A stretch of 64,000 nt of DNA from Acidimicrobiia bacterium (lineage in GTDB: Bacteria; Actinomycetota; Acidimicrobiia; Spongiisociales; ZC4RG35): the NCBI GenBank assembly GCA_965203555.1, contig CBDBCY010000004.1, forward strand, positions 2,176,001-2,240,000, in the 5' to 3' direction. Below the pieces are notes generated by a model. That model was given only the letters and a program-made list of their open reading frames with translations. It did not search any database and was not told where the DNA came from. Made by a program: the position numbers and the translations under genes. Shown piece after piece: positions 28,417 to 37,994 of this stretch (positions are counted from its first letter, which is position 1; each line of letters opens with the position of its first letter).

Positions 28417-29574
28417 GTGAGGGTGCTTTCGCGTCGTTTGCTGGTGGGCACGGTGCTGGCCGTCACCATGGCAGCCGCCACCCTGGCGCCCATCGTGTTT
28501 GGTGTTCTCGCATCGGAGTTGATCTCTGCGCTGGGCATTGAACGGTGGCAGGTGGGGATGCTGGTGACCGCTTCGACCTTGGGGGGCGCCTTCCTCTCGG
28601 TCTGGCTGGGACGTTGGGCCGACATGGTGGGAGGCAGGCGGGCCACCATTGCCACCCTGACGGTGGCGGGTTTCTCCCTGCTTTTTATCGGAGCGGCGCC
28701 TGGCCTCGTTTTGATGTCGGTGGCGGCTTTCTTCGCCGGGGTCTCATCGGCGGGTTCCAATCCGGCCACCAACAAACTCATCGCCACCGAGTACCCGTCC
28801 GGAAGCCAGGGCCTGATAGTGGGAGTGAAGCAGTCGGGGGTACAGATAGGGGTATTCCTGGGGGGTTGGCTCCTACCGGTTTTCACGATCTGGTGGGGAT
28901 GGAGGTGGGCGGTTGTGGCATTCGCGGTGTTTCCACTGCTACTGGCGGGCGTCTATTCGTTGGCGACTCCCCATGTAGAGCCGGTCGCCGGTGATGGGAG
29001 TGAAGTTGCGTCGGGTTATCTCCCCAGGTTGATCTATCGCCTGGCGGTGTACGGGTTTATGATGGGGACGGGCATGTCGGTGGTGCTCACCTACCTGCCG
29101 CTCTACGCGGAGGAGGTGTTCGGCATGAGCCGGGAACTCGGCGGTCTGGCGGTGGCGGTCACCGGCTTGGTGGGAATCGGGGCGCGGCTGGCGTGGGCGC
29201 AGGTGGCCGAGGGAAGGCTCGGCTCGGTGCCGAGCCTGAGGATCATTGCCCTGTTGGCGGTGGTAATGGGCGGTGTCCTCACCCTGGGGGACCAGTTGGG
29301 AAGCTGGTCCGTCTGGCTGGCGGCGGTGTTGACAGGTCTCAGCGGCAGCGCCTGGAATGCGGTGGGAATGCTGGCGATAATCCAGGCGCTCCCGACATCG
29401 TTGGCAGGCCGGGGCTCGGGGGTGGTGCTGTTCGGTTTCCTGGGAGGTCTCAGTCTGGGGGCGCCCCTGGTCGGATGGTCGGTGGACACCTGGGAAACCT
29501 ACACGCCGGGTTGGATGGCGATTACCGTCCTGTTCGGGGTCGGGTACCTGGCAATAAACGTAGGTCGTCGATGA
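28417..29574 (+). CDS. MFS transporter
   Basis: About 12 TMs, GRWADMVGGRR motif A, GVKQSGV. Start may be GTG 28423. Confidence 0.88.
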   Translation: MRVLSRRLLVGTVLAVTMAAATLAPIVFGVLASELISALGIERWQVGMLVTASTLGGAFLSVWLGRWADMVGGRRATIATLTVAGFSLLFIGAAPGLVLMSVAAFFAGVSSAGSNPATNKLIATEYPSGSQGLIVGVKQSGVQIGVFLGGWLLPVFTIWWGWRWAVVAFAVFPLLLAGVYSLATPHVEPVAGDGSEVASGYLPRLIYRLAVYGFMMGTGMSVVLTYLPLYAEEVFGMSRELGGLAVAVTGLVGIGARLAWAQVAEGRLGSVPSLRIIALLAVVMGGVLTLGDQLGSWSVWLAAVLTGLSGSAWNAVGMLAIIQALPTSLAGRGSGVVLFGFLGGLSLGAPLVGWSVDTWETYTPGWMAITVLFGVGYLAINVGRR

Positions 29575-29625
29575 CCCTCGGCCAGAACCCGCGGCGCCTT
29601 TCCAGATGGTTGCGGAGGTCTCGAC

Positions 29626-30276
29626 TCAGGAGCGGATCATGACCGTTACGCCGTCCGCGAAGGGGAGGAGCACCGCTTCGAGGTCGGGAGAGGCAGCCAC
29701 CGTGTAGTTGAGACGACGGATCCCCTCCGTGGCGTCGGTCCGGTCCTCGGGGTCGAGCACCCGACCCGACCACAGGGTGTTGTCCGCCACGATCACCCCA
29801 CCCGGTCTGACCAACTGCTTCAGCGTTTCGATATACCGGGGATAGTTCGGTTTGTCGGCATCCAGGAATGCCAGGTCGAAGGGACCTTCCAGGTCGGCCA
29901 GAGTCTCGAGAGCCGGACCCAACAGCAGGGTGATCCGCTCCGCCACGCCGGCTTCCGTCCAGGCCTTCCGAGCCAGGGCGGTGTATTCGTCGGAGATGTC
30001 GCAGCACACGATCTCTCCGCCTTCCGGCAGGGCCTGGGCCATGAACAGAGACGACAGGCCGGTGAACGTGCCGATCTCCAGCACTCTCCTGGCCCCGATC
30101 AGCTTCACCAGCCAGGCCAGAAATGCGCCCTGTACGGGATCGACCTGCATCCGGGCCACATCCGGAAAGAGGGCGGCGGTCCGGTCCATCACCCGCCGAC
30201 CCACCTCGCCCACCGGACTGGAGTGGGCGGCCGCATACCGGGCCAGGTCGGGGTGGGCGGTGAGATATCTCTCCAT
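29626..30276 (-). CDS. SAM-dependent O-methyltransferase (caffeoyl-CoA OMT-like)
   Basis: VLEIGTFTGLS, FDLAFLDADK.NY, ADNTLWSG. Confidence 0.92.
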   Translation of the reverse strand: MERYLTAHPDLARYAAAHSSPVGEVGRRVMDRTAALFPDVARMQVDPVQGAFLAWLVKLIGARRVLEIGTFTGLSSLFMAQALPEGGEIVCCDISDEYTALARKAWTEAGVAERITLLLGPALETLADLEGPFDLAFLDADKPNYPRYIETLKQLVRPGGVIVADNTLWSGRVLDPEDRTDATEGIRRLNYTVAASPDLEAVLLPFADGVTVMIRS

Positions 30277-30295
30277 GGGAATGGTAGGTTAGATT

Positions 30296-30787
30296 ATGGT
30301 AAGCGTGTTCTCTCCACGCTGGATTCGACACACGCAGAACACGATTGTGCGCGGGGGTGGCGGCGCCGGGTGTGCGCTGTTGCTGCTGTTGGTTGTTGCC
30401 TGTGCTTCCGATGGCGAGGAGTCGGCGGCTTCCACCACCCCGCCGGTCACCACTTCCACGACCGCGCCGCCGACCACCACCGATGCACGGCCAACCACCA
30501 CTACCACCACGACCCTGCCGGACGATCTGACGGTGGTGGAAGTGGTGGTAAGGGAGGGCAGGGTGGTATCCGAGAGTCGGGTCGATGTCCCCCTCGGCAA
30601 CCGGATCTCACTGGTATTCGACGCCGATGTCCGACTGCTGGTGCATATCCATGGCTACGACGAGGAGTTCCCCGTGGAAGCCGGTGTTCGGACCACTCAT
30701 GAAATGGTGGGTGATCTGCCCGGAATCTTCGAGGTGGAGGACCATGTCACCCATCGTCATTTGCTCGAGTTGAAGGTGTCGCCCTGA
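30296..30787 (+). CDS. Lipoprotein with Thr-rich linker and cupredoxin-like C-terminal domain
   Basis: Lipobox VVAC, TTTTTT linker, VHIHGYD and PGIFEVEDH..HRH. Start may be GTG 30347. Confidence 0.7.
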   Translation: MVSVFSPRWIRHTQNTIVRGGGGAGCALLLLLVVACASDGEESAASTTPPVTTSTTAPPTTTDARPTTTTTTTLPDDLTVVEVVVREGRVVSESRVDVPLGNRISLVFDADVRLLVHIHGYDEEFPVEAGVRTTHEMVGDLPGIFEVEDHVTHRHLLELKVSP

Positions 30788-30788
30788 G

Positions 30789-32126
30789 GTGGGAGGGATA
30801 CTGGCCCACGGTATCGGCGGGCGCCTCGATCTGCCCATTCCCCTTCTCTATTTCACCCTGGCGGCGATAACGGTGCTGGTGGTCACTTTTGCCATGCTGT
30901 CGACCCGATGGCACGAACCGCGCCTGCAGGACCCCACCGGCGTCGTGTTCAGGGCGCCCCCCTGGGTAAGGCTGGCAGGAGGGATCTGTTCGATGGTGTC
31001 GGTGGGGCTGCTGGTCGTGATGGTGGTGAGCGGTTTCCTGGGATCGGACGACGCTCTGAAGAATCCGGCGCCGGTGATGGTATACGTGGGACTCTGGCTG
31101 GTCTTTCCCTTCATGTCCGCGCTGGTTGGTGACTTCTACCAGGTAGTCGCTCCGTGGCGGGTGCTTGCCCGCTGGCTGAAGATCGACCGGGACAGAGGAC
31201 CGGGATTGGCCCAGCGCCTCGGCTACCGGCCGGCCGCGGTGGTGCTTTTGCTGTTCACCTGGTGGGAACTGGTCTCGCCGGTGGGCAGCATTCCGGCGTG
31301 GCTGGCGGCGATGGCGGTGGGGTACACGCTGTACATGCTGGTGACCGCCGGTGTGTGGGGTGCGCAGACGCAGTTGACCACCTGGGACGGATTCGGGGCG
31401 TACAACCACCTGGTGGGCGCGATCGGACCCATCGGCAGGAATCAGGACGGTGAACTGGTGAGGCGGGGATGGCTGAGAGGCCTGCCGGGGGTGGCCGAAC
31501 GCCCGGGGCTGGACGTTCTGGCGGTGGTCCTGATCGGAGGAGTCACCTACGACGGCCTGACGGGGATTCCGTTCTGGCGTAACCAACTGGCCGGTCCCCT
31601 GGAGGACACGGTGTCCGGTCTCGGGCTGGGCTGGCAGTGGGCGGAAGTGGTCGTGGGGACCTTCGGACTGGTGGCGGTTGTCCTGATGGTCGGATGGGCC
31701 TACCACTTGGCGTGTGTCTTCTCGGTGGTGCTGTCGAATGCTGAAACCAGCGTTGCCCGGGCGCGGATCCGATTCGCTCACACCTTGGCGCCCATCGCCT
31801 TCGCCTACGCGTTTGCCCACTACTTCACTCTCGTCGTGTACGAGGGGCAGTTCTTCCTGGGCGCCATCAGCGACCCTTTCGACCTCGGCTGGGATCTGTT
31901 CGGACTCGCCGGGCAGGCAGTCGACTACACGTTGATCTCGCCCACTGCGGTCTGGTACATCCAGTTGGTGGCGGTTGTCGCGGGCCATGTGGGTGGGGTG
32001 ATCCTGGCGCATGACCGGGCGCTGGTGGATTACCCGGGCGTCGACGCCGTACGATCCCAGTATGCGATGCTGGCTCTGATGGTGGTTTTGACGATGCTTG
32101 CCCTATTCATACTTACTGCCGGGTGA
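30789..32126 (+). CDS. Polytopic membrane protein (family often mislabelled fenitrothion hydrolase)
   Basis: N-terminal LAHGIGGRLDLPIP, about 10 TMs, PIAFAY.FAHY, SDPF..GWDLFG, GHV.GV..AHDRA, RSQY. Confidence 0.75.
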   Translation: MGGILAHGIGGRLDLPIPLLYFTLAAITVLVVTFAMLSTRWHEPRLQDPTGVVFRAPPWVRLAGGICSMVSVGLLVVMVVSGFLGSDDALKNPAPVMVYVGLWLVFPFMSALVGDFYQVVAPWRVLARWLKIDRDRGPGLAQRLGYRPAAVVLLLFTWWELVSPVGSIPAWLAAMAVGYTLYMLVTAGVWGAQTQLTTWDGFGAYNHLVGAIGPIGRNQDGELVRRGWLRGLPGVAERPGLDVLAVVLIGGVTYDGLTGIPFWRNQLAGPLEDTVSGLGLGWQWAEVVVGTFGLVAVVLMVGWAYHLACVFSVVLSNAETSVARARIRFAHTLAPIAFAYAFAHYFTLVVYEGQFFLGAISDPFDLGWDLFGLAGQAVDYTLISPTAVWYIQLVAVVAGHVGGVILAHDRALVDYPGVDAVRSQYAMLALMVVLTMLALFILTAG

Positions 32127-32287
32127 TGGTGGCCGTTGCTCACATTCTGGGAGAGGGCGCCGTCGATGAGTTCGTTGCCTCCGGCCTGGTGCTGGTGGGC
32201 CTGGTGTGGCTATTGCGCCGTTCGGAGCGCAAAGCGCGCCGGCGGCGTCAGGAGATGGAAGAGAAATCCCGCGGATCACAGCAGTAA
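32126..32287 (+). CDS. Small single-TM protein, 53 aa (MVAVAHILGEGAVDEFVASGLVLVGLVWLLRRSERKARRRRQEMEEKSRGSQQ)
   Basis: Read by hand. TGATG overlap with the upstream stop; TM followed by a basic tail. Confidence 0.65.
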   Translation: MVAVAHILGEGAVDEFVASGLVLVGLVWLLRRSERKARRRRQEMEEKSRGSQQ

Positions 32288-32360
32288 TCCGGCCGGCGGA
32301 TTCCTTGCCATCCGCCGGTGATCAGAGGGGTTACGTGGTCGTGTATCCTCAGTGGCGGAT

Positions 32361-33566
32361 ATGAGTGAGTACTTAGCGGCGGCGGCGGCGGTTCTCAACG
32401 CTCCGGAAGAACTGGTTCTGCGGTCGGCGGAAGCGAAGGCACAGGCTCTGGGGGGCACCGCCGATGATTATCTGGCGGCGTGGGGAGGAGGCAAGGCCGC
32501 TCCAGCGCCGGCTGCGCCCGTACCGGCTGCGCCCGTACCGGCTGCGCCCGCTGCGGCCCCGCCGCCGGCGGTCAAAGCCCCAGAACCTGTTCCGCAGACC
32601 TTCCCGGCGCCCGTCGAGGCACCCGCGGCGGCGGCAGTCGCCGTCCAGCCGGAAGTGACGGCGGCGGTCGTGGAAGAGCCTCCTGCACCGCCGGTGGATC
32701 CCGCGCCGCTTCGGGTTCGACGACGGCTGGGGGGCCGACTGGGAGCCATAACAGGTGCGGCGATGGGGCTGGTCAGCCTGGTGGCCCTGAGTCCCAGGCT
32801 GGCTGCACGCGCCGACACCCTGGGTGAGGAGGGACCTTTCTCTCCCTCCTTGATCCTGAGCCCCAACCAGGCGGTCATCGGGCTGGTGGTGCTGTTCGGT
32901 GTGTACGGGGTGATTGTGGCGCTGTTTACCACCGCGGCGGTGGGGTGGCATGGCCCAGGCATGAACATCGTGGAGGGCCGAGGTTCCATCCTGGTCGGAG
33001 GGATGCTGACGGGCTTTCTGATCGGAGGGGCTGCGGGCGGGGTAACCACCGGAATGTTCGGGACCCAGATTGCCGGCGCCGAGGAGGTGGAGGTGTCAGT
33101 TGTCGCCGGTCTGGCGGCGGTGGTTGCTGCCGGAGCTGTTCTGGGTTGGGCGGTGGGTCAGCTATCACAGGTATTGGGCATTCCCGAGGGGATGGCTGGC
33201 GCCGAGGGCGAGGAAGCCGAAGTGGTGAGGTTCCGATTGAAATCCGCCGTGGCCCTACCGGTCGTCGGAGTGGTGATCATTGCGGTGTTGGTGCTGCCGG
33301 CTGCCTATCTGTTCCTGAGTTTCCCTGGTTGGGCGCCCATCATGGGATCGGTGGTCGCCGCCAGCATTCTCACTTTCGCTGGTCTTTCAGCCTCCCGACC
33401 GGGGATGCGTGTCACCCGGGGAGAGTTCCTTCTGGCCGCTGCCGGGATTGGCGTGGTGGTTTTCATCCTCTTTGCGGTGCTCAATACGCAGGGAGCGGGC
33501 CACTCCGAATCGGAGGACGACCACGGCGTTGAGGCCGAGGCGATCGAGGCGGTCTTCTCCCACTGA
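32361..33566 (+). CDS. Hypothetical membrane protein with small N-terminal helical domain and Pro/Ala linker
   Basis: 404-aa ORF (from 32352) with ~7 TMs and a His/acidic C-terminus. Confidence 0.75.
   Translation: MSEYLAAAAAVLNAPEELVLRSAEAKAQALGGTADDYLAAWGGGKAAPAPAAPVPAAPVPAAPAAAPPPAVKAPEPVPQTFPAPVEAPAAAAVAVQPEVTAAVVEEPPAPPVDPAPLRVRRRLGGRLGAITGAAMGLVSLVALSPRLAARADTLGEEGPFSPSLILSPNQAVIGLVVLFGVYGVIVALFTTAAVGWHGPGMNIVEGRGSILVGGMLTGFLIGGAAGGVTTGMFGTQIAGAEEVEVSVVAGLAAVVAAGAVLGWAVGQLSQVLGIPEGMAGAEGEEAEVVRFRLKSAVALPVVGVVIIAVLVLPAAYLFLSFPGWAPIMGSVVAASILTFAGLSASRPGMRVTRGEFLLAAAGIGVVVFILFAVLNTQGAGHSESEDDHGVEAEAIEAVFSH
32508..32550 (+). repeat. 15-bp tandem repeat CCGGCTGCGCCCGTA x~3 (PAAPV linker)
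   Basis: Read directly; in frame within the Pro/Ala linker. Confidence 0.85.
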
Positions 33567-33648
33567 GACTGGCGTCTCGTTCAGGCCGGGGATCGGGAAG
33601 ATTGTCTTTTGCGGAGACAGAAGATCTGCTCGCTCCCGGGCGGTTGGA

Positions 33649-36225
33649 TTAGGGACCAGGACGGAGCAGCAGAGTGGATTCGGCCAGGGACTCCACCGTG
33701 TCCCGGTCCCAGGGGAAGGGCTGCATCTCCCCGGCCGCCCAGGGTTCCAGGAGGTCGTCGTAGTGTGGGTGGTAGGCGTGGCCTGACTGACCGGGGACAT
33801 GGATAGACAGAGACGAGTCGGGGTCCCCGAGGTCGACCACCATCCGGAACGACGGCACCCCCTCCGTCTCGTAGCCCTCCGGGGCGATCCACTGAGTGGC
33901 GTTGACGATCGCCGATCCTCCCGAGACATTGTTGCTGCGCCGGTTGAAGACGGCTTCGATCAGCGACACGCCCGATTCGCCCAGGCTGGAGTTGTTGAAG
34001 ACACCGGTATGGATGTCGCCCCATCGCCAACGCTGCGGATCGTCGCCCATCAAGTCGGTCAACTCGCCATGGGCCTGTTCCAGGGCCTGATGCAGCACCA
34101 GGTCGCGGGTTTCCCGGAGTTCGGTTCCCGCCAGGTCCCACCAAGGATCGTCGGGGGATTCCACCAGGGCCTTCATCACCTCCACGAACCGGCTTCCACC
34201 GTGCGCCTCATGGCCTTCGGGAAGCTCGTCGAAGGTGAGAGCCAGGAGATGGCGCCAGGTGGCCGCATAGGCGGCAGCCGCCGGACTGTCGGAGTCCATT
34301 TGTCCTGGTCGCTCTCCCCGCATCCATCCGGTCAAGAGTTCTTGCATCACTGCCGCCTCCTGGCTTCGGGCCGGTAAGGCCGTCAATGCAGGGACCAGGA
34401 AGCCGGCGGCGGGATCCTGGTGGTCGAACTGTATTGCGCTCATCCCCGCGGTGTCCAGCGGGAGAGAGTCAACCAACAGCTCGTGGATGCGCCGGGCTCG
34501 GTACCCGTAGTGGAAGTCGCTGCCGATATGGCGGACCAGGTCGGGCCGGGCGAGGGGCTGGTTGGCGGCCACCACCATCCCGGAGGAGGGATTGAACAAC
34601 CAGGGAAGGGTCTCGAAGGGCCAGAAGCCCTGCCAGTCGTATTCGCTCTCCCAACCCGGCGCCGGGTAGCGTCCGTCGCCTGTTCCCCGGATGGGGATCA
34701 GCCCCGTGGCCTGGTAGCCGATGTTGCCGTCCGCATCGGCGTAGACGATGCTAAGGGGCGCCATGTCGAAGAGCGCAGCCGCTGACCGGAACTCCTCCCA
34801 GTTCCGCGCCAGGACCATTCCCAGCACCGCGTCCATGTTGCGGGTGGTTTGCAGGGCGGTCCATGCCAGCGAAGCAGCGTAAGGGTCAGGTAGCTCCACC
34901 ACTCCGTTACCTTCCAGTTCGTCAACGGGTTCGTATATCCCCGAGATCACCGGCCCGTGGTGGGTCTCTCGGATTGTGATTTCCACCGGATCGGCGTTGG
35001 CTACCTGGATGGTCTCGGGGCGGGTGGACATGGGAACCCACTTGCCGTCCACCTCGTACAGGAGCGGATCTTCGGGATGAACCCGCTCGATGAAGAGATC
35101 GGAGACATCCCCTCCCAGATTGGTGAATCCCCAGGCCAGAAAGCCGTTGTGCCCGATGGTGACCAGAGGTGTGCCCGGCAGGCTGAACCCCGCCACTTCC
35201 ACCGGGCAGGAGGTGCTCACAGGCTGGCAGTGGAGACCAACCCGGTACCAGATGGAGGGGATCTGGGCCCCCAGATGGGGATCGTTGGCGAGGAGCGGCG
35301 CACCGGACACGGTGTGCTCACCCGAGACCACCCAGGAATTGGAGCCTCGGCCCCGATTGTCTCGGACGAGCCCGACCCGGTCGGCGCCCACGGGAAGGAC
35401 TTCAGCCTCCTCCAGGGCGCCGGAGGCTTCCCGAACCGACGGGGAAGGCAGCGGTGCGCCGGTCGGCAGCGGCGGCGGCAGGTCCCATTCGGGGACGATC
35501 ACCGGGTGGTCCTCGGGGTATGCCGGCCAAAGTTGGGAGACCCGTTCGGACGGAATCCATTCCGAGAGCACTGCTCGCTCGAGTTCGGAGACGATGTTGG
35601 TTCGAAGGTCCCAGGCCACCACCTTGGCGAAGGCCAGGGTGTCGGTGGGTTTCCACGGCGCCGGCCGGTAGTCGGGGTTCTGGATTCCCAGGAAGGCGTA
35701 CTCCAGGCTGATCTCCCATTTCCCTCGGTCGACCAGGTAGGCGTTCACGCCTCGGGCATATGCGTCCAGCACGGTCTGCATACGGGGCGAGAGTGCCTGG
35801 TATTCACGGGCCGCCACCTGTTCCCATCCCAGGGTTCGCAGGAAGATGTCGGCTTCCACCTGGGCCTCGCCGAACATCTCAGCGGTGCGACCGGTGGCCA
35901 CGTGCCGGTAGAAGTCCATCTGCCAGAAACGATCCTGGGCCTCCACGAAACCCTGCGCCATCGCCAGGTCCGAAAGGGTGGATGCGTAGATGTGAGGCGT
36001 CCCGTGACGGTCCCGGATCACGGTGGCCTCCCCAGCCAGGCCCGGCAGTTCTATCTCCCCGTCCACCTGGGGAAACGAGCGGCGGACCACCAGAAGTCCG
36101 GCGACGGCCACCAGAACTATGAGAAGCGCCGCCCACGGGCCGATGAGTCTCAGCAGGCGAAGCGGGAGAGGGCGGCGCCTTCTGGGAGGGGGCGGGGGAT
36201 CGGTGGAAGCCCGGGGGTCCTTCAA
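33649..36225 (-). CDS. Penicillin acylase family (Ntn hydrolase), membrane anchored
   Basis: RDRHGTPHIYA, QDRFWQMD, GSNSWVVSG nucleophile, LLANDPHL, GQSGH. Confidence 0.92.
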   Translation of the reverse strand: MKDPRASTDPPPPPRRRRPLPLRLLRLIGPWAALLIVLVAVAGLLVVRRSFPQVDGEIELPGLAGEATVIRDRHGTPHIYASTLSDLAMAQGFVEAQDRFWQMDFYRHVATGRTAEMFGEAQVEADIFLRTLGWEQVAAREYQALSPRMQTVLDAYARGVNAYLVDRGKWEISLEYAFLGIQNPDYRPAPWKPTDTLAFAKVVAWDLRTNIVSELERAVLSEWIPSERVSQLWPAYPEDHPVIVPEWDLPPPLPTGAPLPSPSVREASGALEEAEVLPVGADRVGLVRDNRGRGSNSWVVSGEHTVSGAPLLANDPHLGAQIPSIWYRVGLHCQPVSTSCPVEVAGFSLPGTPLVTIGHNGFLAWGFTNLGGDVSDLFIERVHPEDPLLYEVDGKWVPMSTRPETIQVANADPVEITIRETHHGPVISGIYEPVDELEGNGVVELPDPYAASLAWTALQTTRNMDAVLGMVLARNWEEFRSAAALFDMAPLSIVYADADGNIGYQATGLIPIRGTGDGRYPAPGWESEYDWQGFWPFETLPWLFNPSSGMVVAANQPLARPDLVRHIGSDFHYGYRARRIHELLVDSLPLDTAGMSAIQFDHQDPAAGFLVPALTALPARSQEAAVMQELLTGWMRGERPGQMDSDSPAAAAYAATWRHLLALTFDELPEGHEAHGGSRFVEVMKALVESPDDPWWDLAGTELRETRDLVLHQALEQAHGELTDLMGDDPQRWRWGDIHTGVFNNSSLGESGVSLIEAVFNRRSNNVSGGSAIVNATQWIAPEGYETEGVPSFRMVVDLGDPDSSLSIHVPGQSGHAYHPHYDDLLEPWAAGEMQPFPWDRDTVESLAESTLLLRPGP

Positions 36226-37046
36226 CTGTCGGCTTCCGCCGCGGGAGTCCGGCGCAGACGGCGCTCAATGGAGTCCCAGTCCCGCTCGGCGGCGATCCAT
36301 TTGAACCAGATCACGACGATCGTTGCCCACAGTATCAAGCCGCCGCCCAGTTTCATTATCAACCCCGCCACCTGCAGATCAGTGACGCTCGATATTCCGA
36401 AGGAGGTTGCCGAGTCGACGTAGGAGGGATACAACGGTGTGCGGCTGAACGTCAGAAAAGATGCCGGCACGGTGGGGATGATGGAGTGCAGGAACAGGAT
36501 GAACATCCGCAAGGGCGGGTTCAGCCGGGGAATCAGAGGGGTGGGACTCACCACGGGGAGCCATACCAGGACCGCCGTGGCGAATAGCCAGAGGTGGGCC
36601 AGGAAATGGAAAACACTCGAAGAGACCATCGCCTCCACGATGGGTCGCCAGTGGAGCCCGGCCAGGCTCAGGTGGAAAAGGAAGAAGGCGGGCAGTGGTC
36701 TGCTCATTTGACGTAGCACGGCCAGGGTCCGGGAAGATTGGAGAAGGTGTTCGGCCATCCACCGGGGGGTTCCCATCAGCATCAGCGGCGGGATGACCAG
36801 CGCCACCAGCATGTGTTCGATCATGTGGAGGCTGAAGAAGACCTGCTCCGCCAAATCATGGAAAGGCCAACTGGCGCTGGCAGCCAGGATCGCCAAGGCC
36901 CCGAACCACAACCCGCGTTGGCGGGACGTGGCGGCCGGCATATTGGGCGCCACCAGGGGGCGGACGCGCCATTCAGCGTGGAGAAAGATCACTCCCAGCG
37001 CCCCCACCACCGCCAGGACATCCCAGTGAGGATGCCAAGGTGGCAA
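36222..37046 (-). CDS. ctaG: Cytochrome c oxidase assembly factor (caa3-type CtaG)
   Basis: FSLHMIEHML, PPLMLMG, DLQVAGLIMK; last gene of the oxidase operon. Confidence 0.85.
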   Translation of the reverse strand: MPPWHPHWDVLAVVGALGVIFLHAEWRVRPLVAPNMPAATSRQRGLWFGALAILAASASWPFHDLAEQVFFSLHMIEHMLVALVIPPLMLMGTPRWMAEHLLQSSRTLAVLRQMSRPLPAFFLFHLSLAGLHWRPIVEAMVSSSVFHFLAHLWLFATAVLVWLPVVSPTPLIPRLNPPLRMFILFLHSIIPTVPASFLTFSRTPLYPSYVDSATSFGISSVTDLQVAGLIMKLGGGLILWATIVVIWFKWIAAERDWDSIERRLRRTPAAEADS

Positions 37047-37050
37047 GTTG

Positions 37051-37371
37051 TCAGCTTCCCAGCGCTATGACGCCGAAGGTCAGCAGCACCACCGCATACA
37101 GGGCCATGGCCAGGACGAATCCGGCGGTGAAGAACTTGGACAACGTCGAACTCTCGAAACGCAGGTGCATGTACCACCCAACCACGATCACGAATTTGAA
37201 GAGGGCCAGGATGATCAAAAGGGGCGCGTCCCAGCCGCCCATGTCCGCCGCCTCGTTCACATAGAACAGCGCCACTTCGATGATGGTCAACACCGCCAGC
37301 AGGACTGCAATCTTGACGTATTGGAGCGGGGTGGGATGGTGGTGTTCGCCGGGGTGGACGGCCATCCTCAA
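37051..37371 (-). CDS. Cytochrome c oxidase subunit IV
   Basis: LAVLTIIEV, KFVIVVGWYMHLRFE. Confidence 0.88.
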   Translation of the reverse strand: MRMAVHPGEHHHPTPLQYVKIAVLLAVLTIIEVALFYVNEAADMGGWDAPLLIILALFKFVIVVGWYMHLRFESSTLSKFFTAGFVLAMALYAVVLLTFGVIALGS

Positions 37372-37994
37372 CCCACTCCCGCCGGTGTGCCGGCCAACAG
37401 GTACACGACGGTGAAGATCACGATCCAGATTATGTCCACAAAGTGCCAGTACAGGCCCACCAACTCCAGGTTCAGACCGGAGGCTTCCGACAACTCGCCC
37501 TGGCGGCGGGAGATCCCGTAGAGGGTGAGCAGCATCAGGACTCCCAGCAGCACGTGAAAGCCGTGGAAACCGGTAAGAAGATAGAAAGCCGAGGCGGCCG
37601 GGTTGGTGGTGAGCTTCATTCCACCAACTGTGACGAACTCGGTGAATTCGAAGACCTGCCCGCCCAGGAAAACCGAGCCGAGCATGGCGGTGGCCAGAAG
37701 CCAGGTACGGGTGGCGTGCTGGTCGTGGCGGGCCAGGGCATTATGCGCCAGCACCATGGTCAGGGAACTCATCAGCAGGGCAAAGGAGGAGAATGAGGTG
37801 AACGGGATGTCGTATATCTCGGCCGGATAGGGTCGGGCAAAGCCGGGCTGTCCCTGGTACAGGAGATAGTTGGTGATGAGAGCGCCGAAGAACAGAAATT
37901 CGGAACTGAGAAACACCCACATCCCCAGCTTGCGGTGATCGATGCCGGTTGACTCGTGCTGGTCGTGATGATCCATGGTGGCCGCTGCGTCCAT
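37368..37994 (-). CDS. ctaE: Cytochrome c oxidase subunit III
   Basis: GMWVFLSSE, LTGFHGFHV, GLYWHFVDIIW. Confidence 0.93.
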   Translation of the reverse strand: MDAAATMDHHDQHESTGIDHRKLGMWVFLSSEFLFFGALITNYLLYQGQPGFARPYPAEIYDIPFTSFSSFALLMSSLTMVLAHNALARHDQHATRTWLLATAMLGSVFLGGQVFEFTEFVTVGGMKLTTNPAASAFYLLTGFHGFHVLLGVLMLLTLYGISRRQGELSEASGLNLELVGLYWHFVDIIWIVIFTVVYLLAGTPAGVG

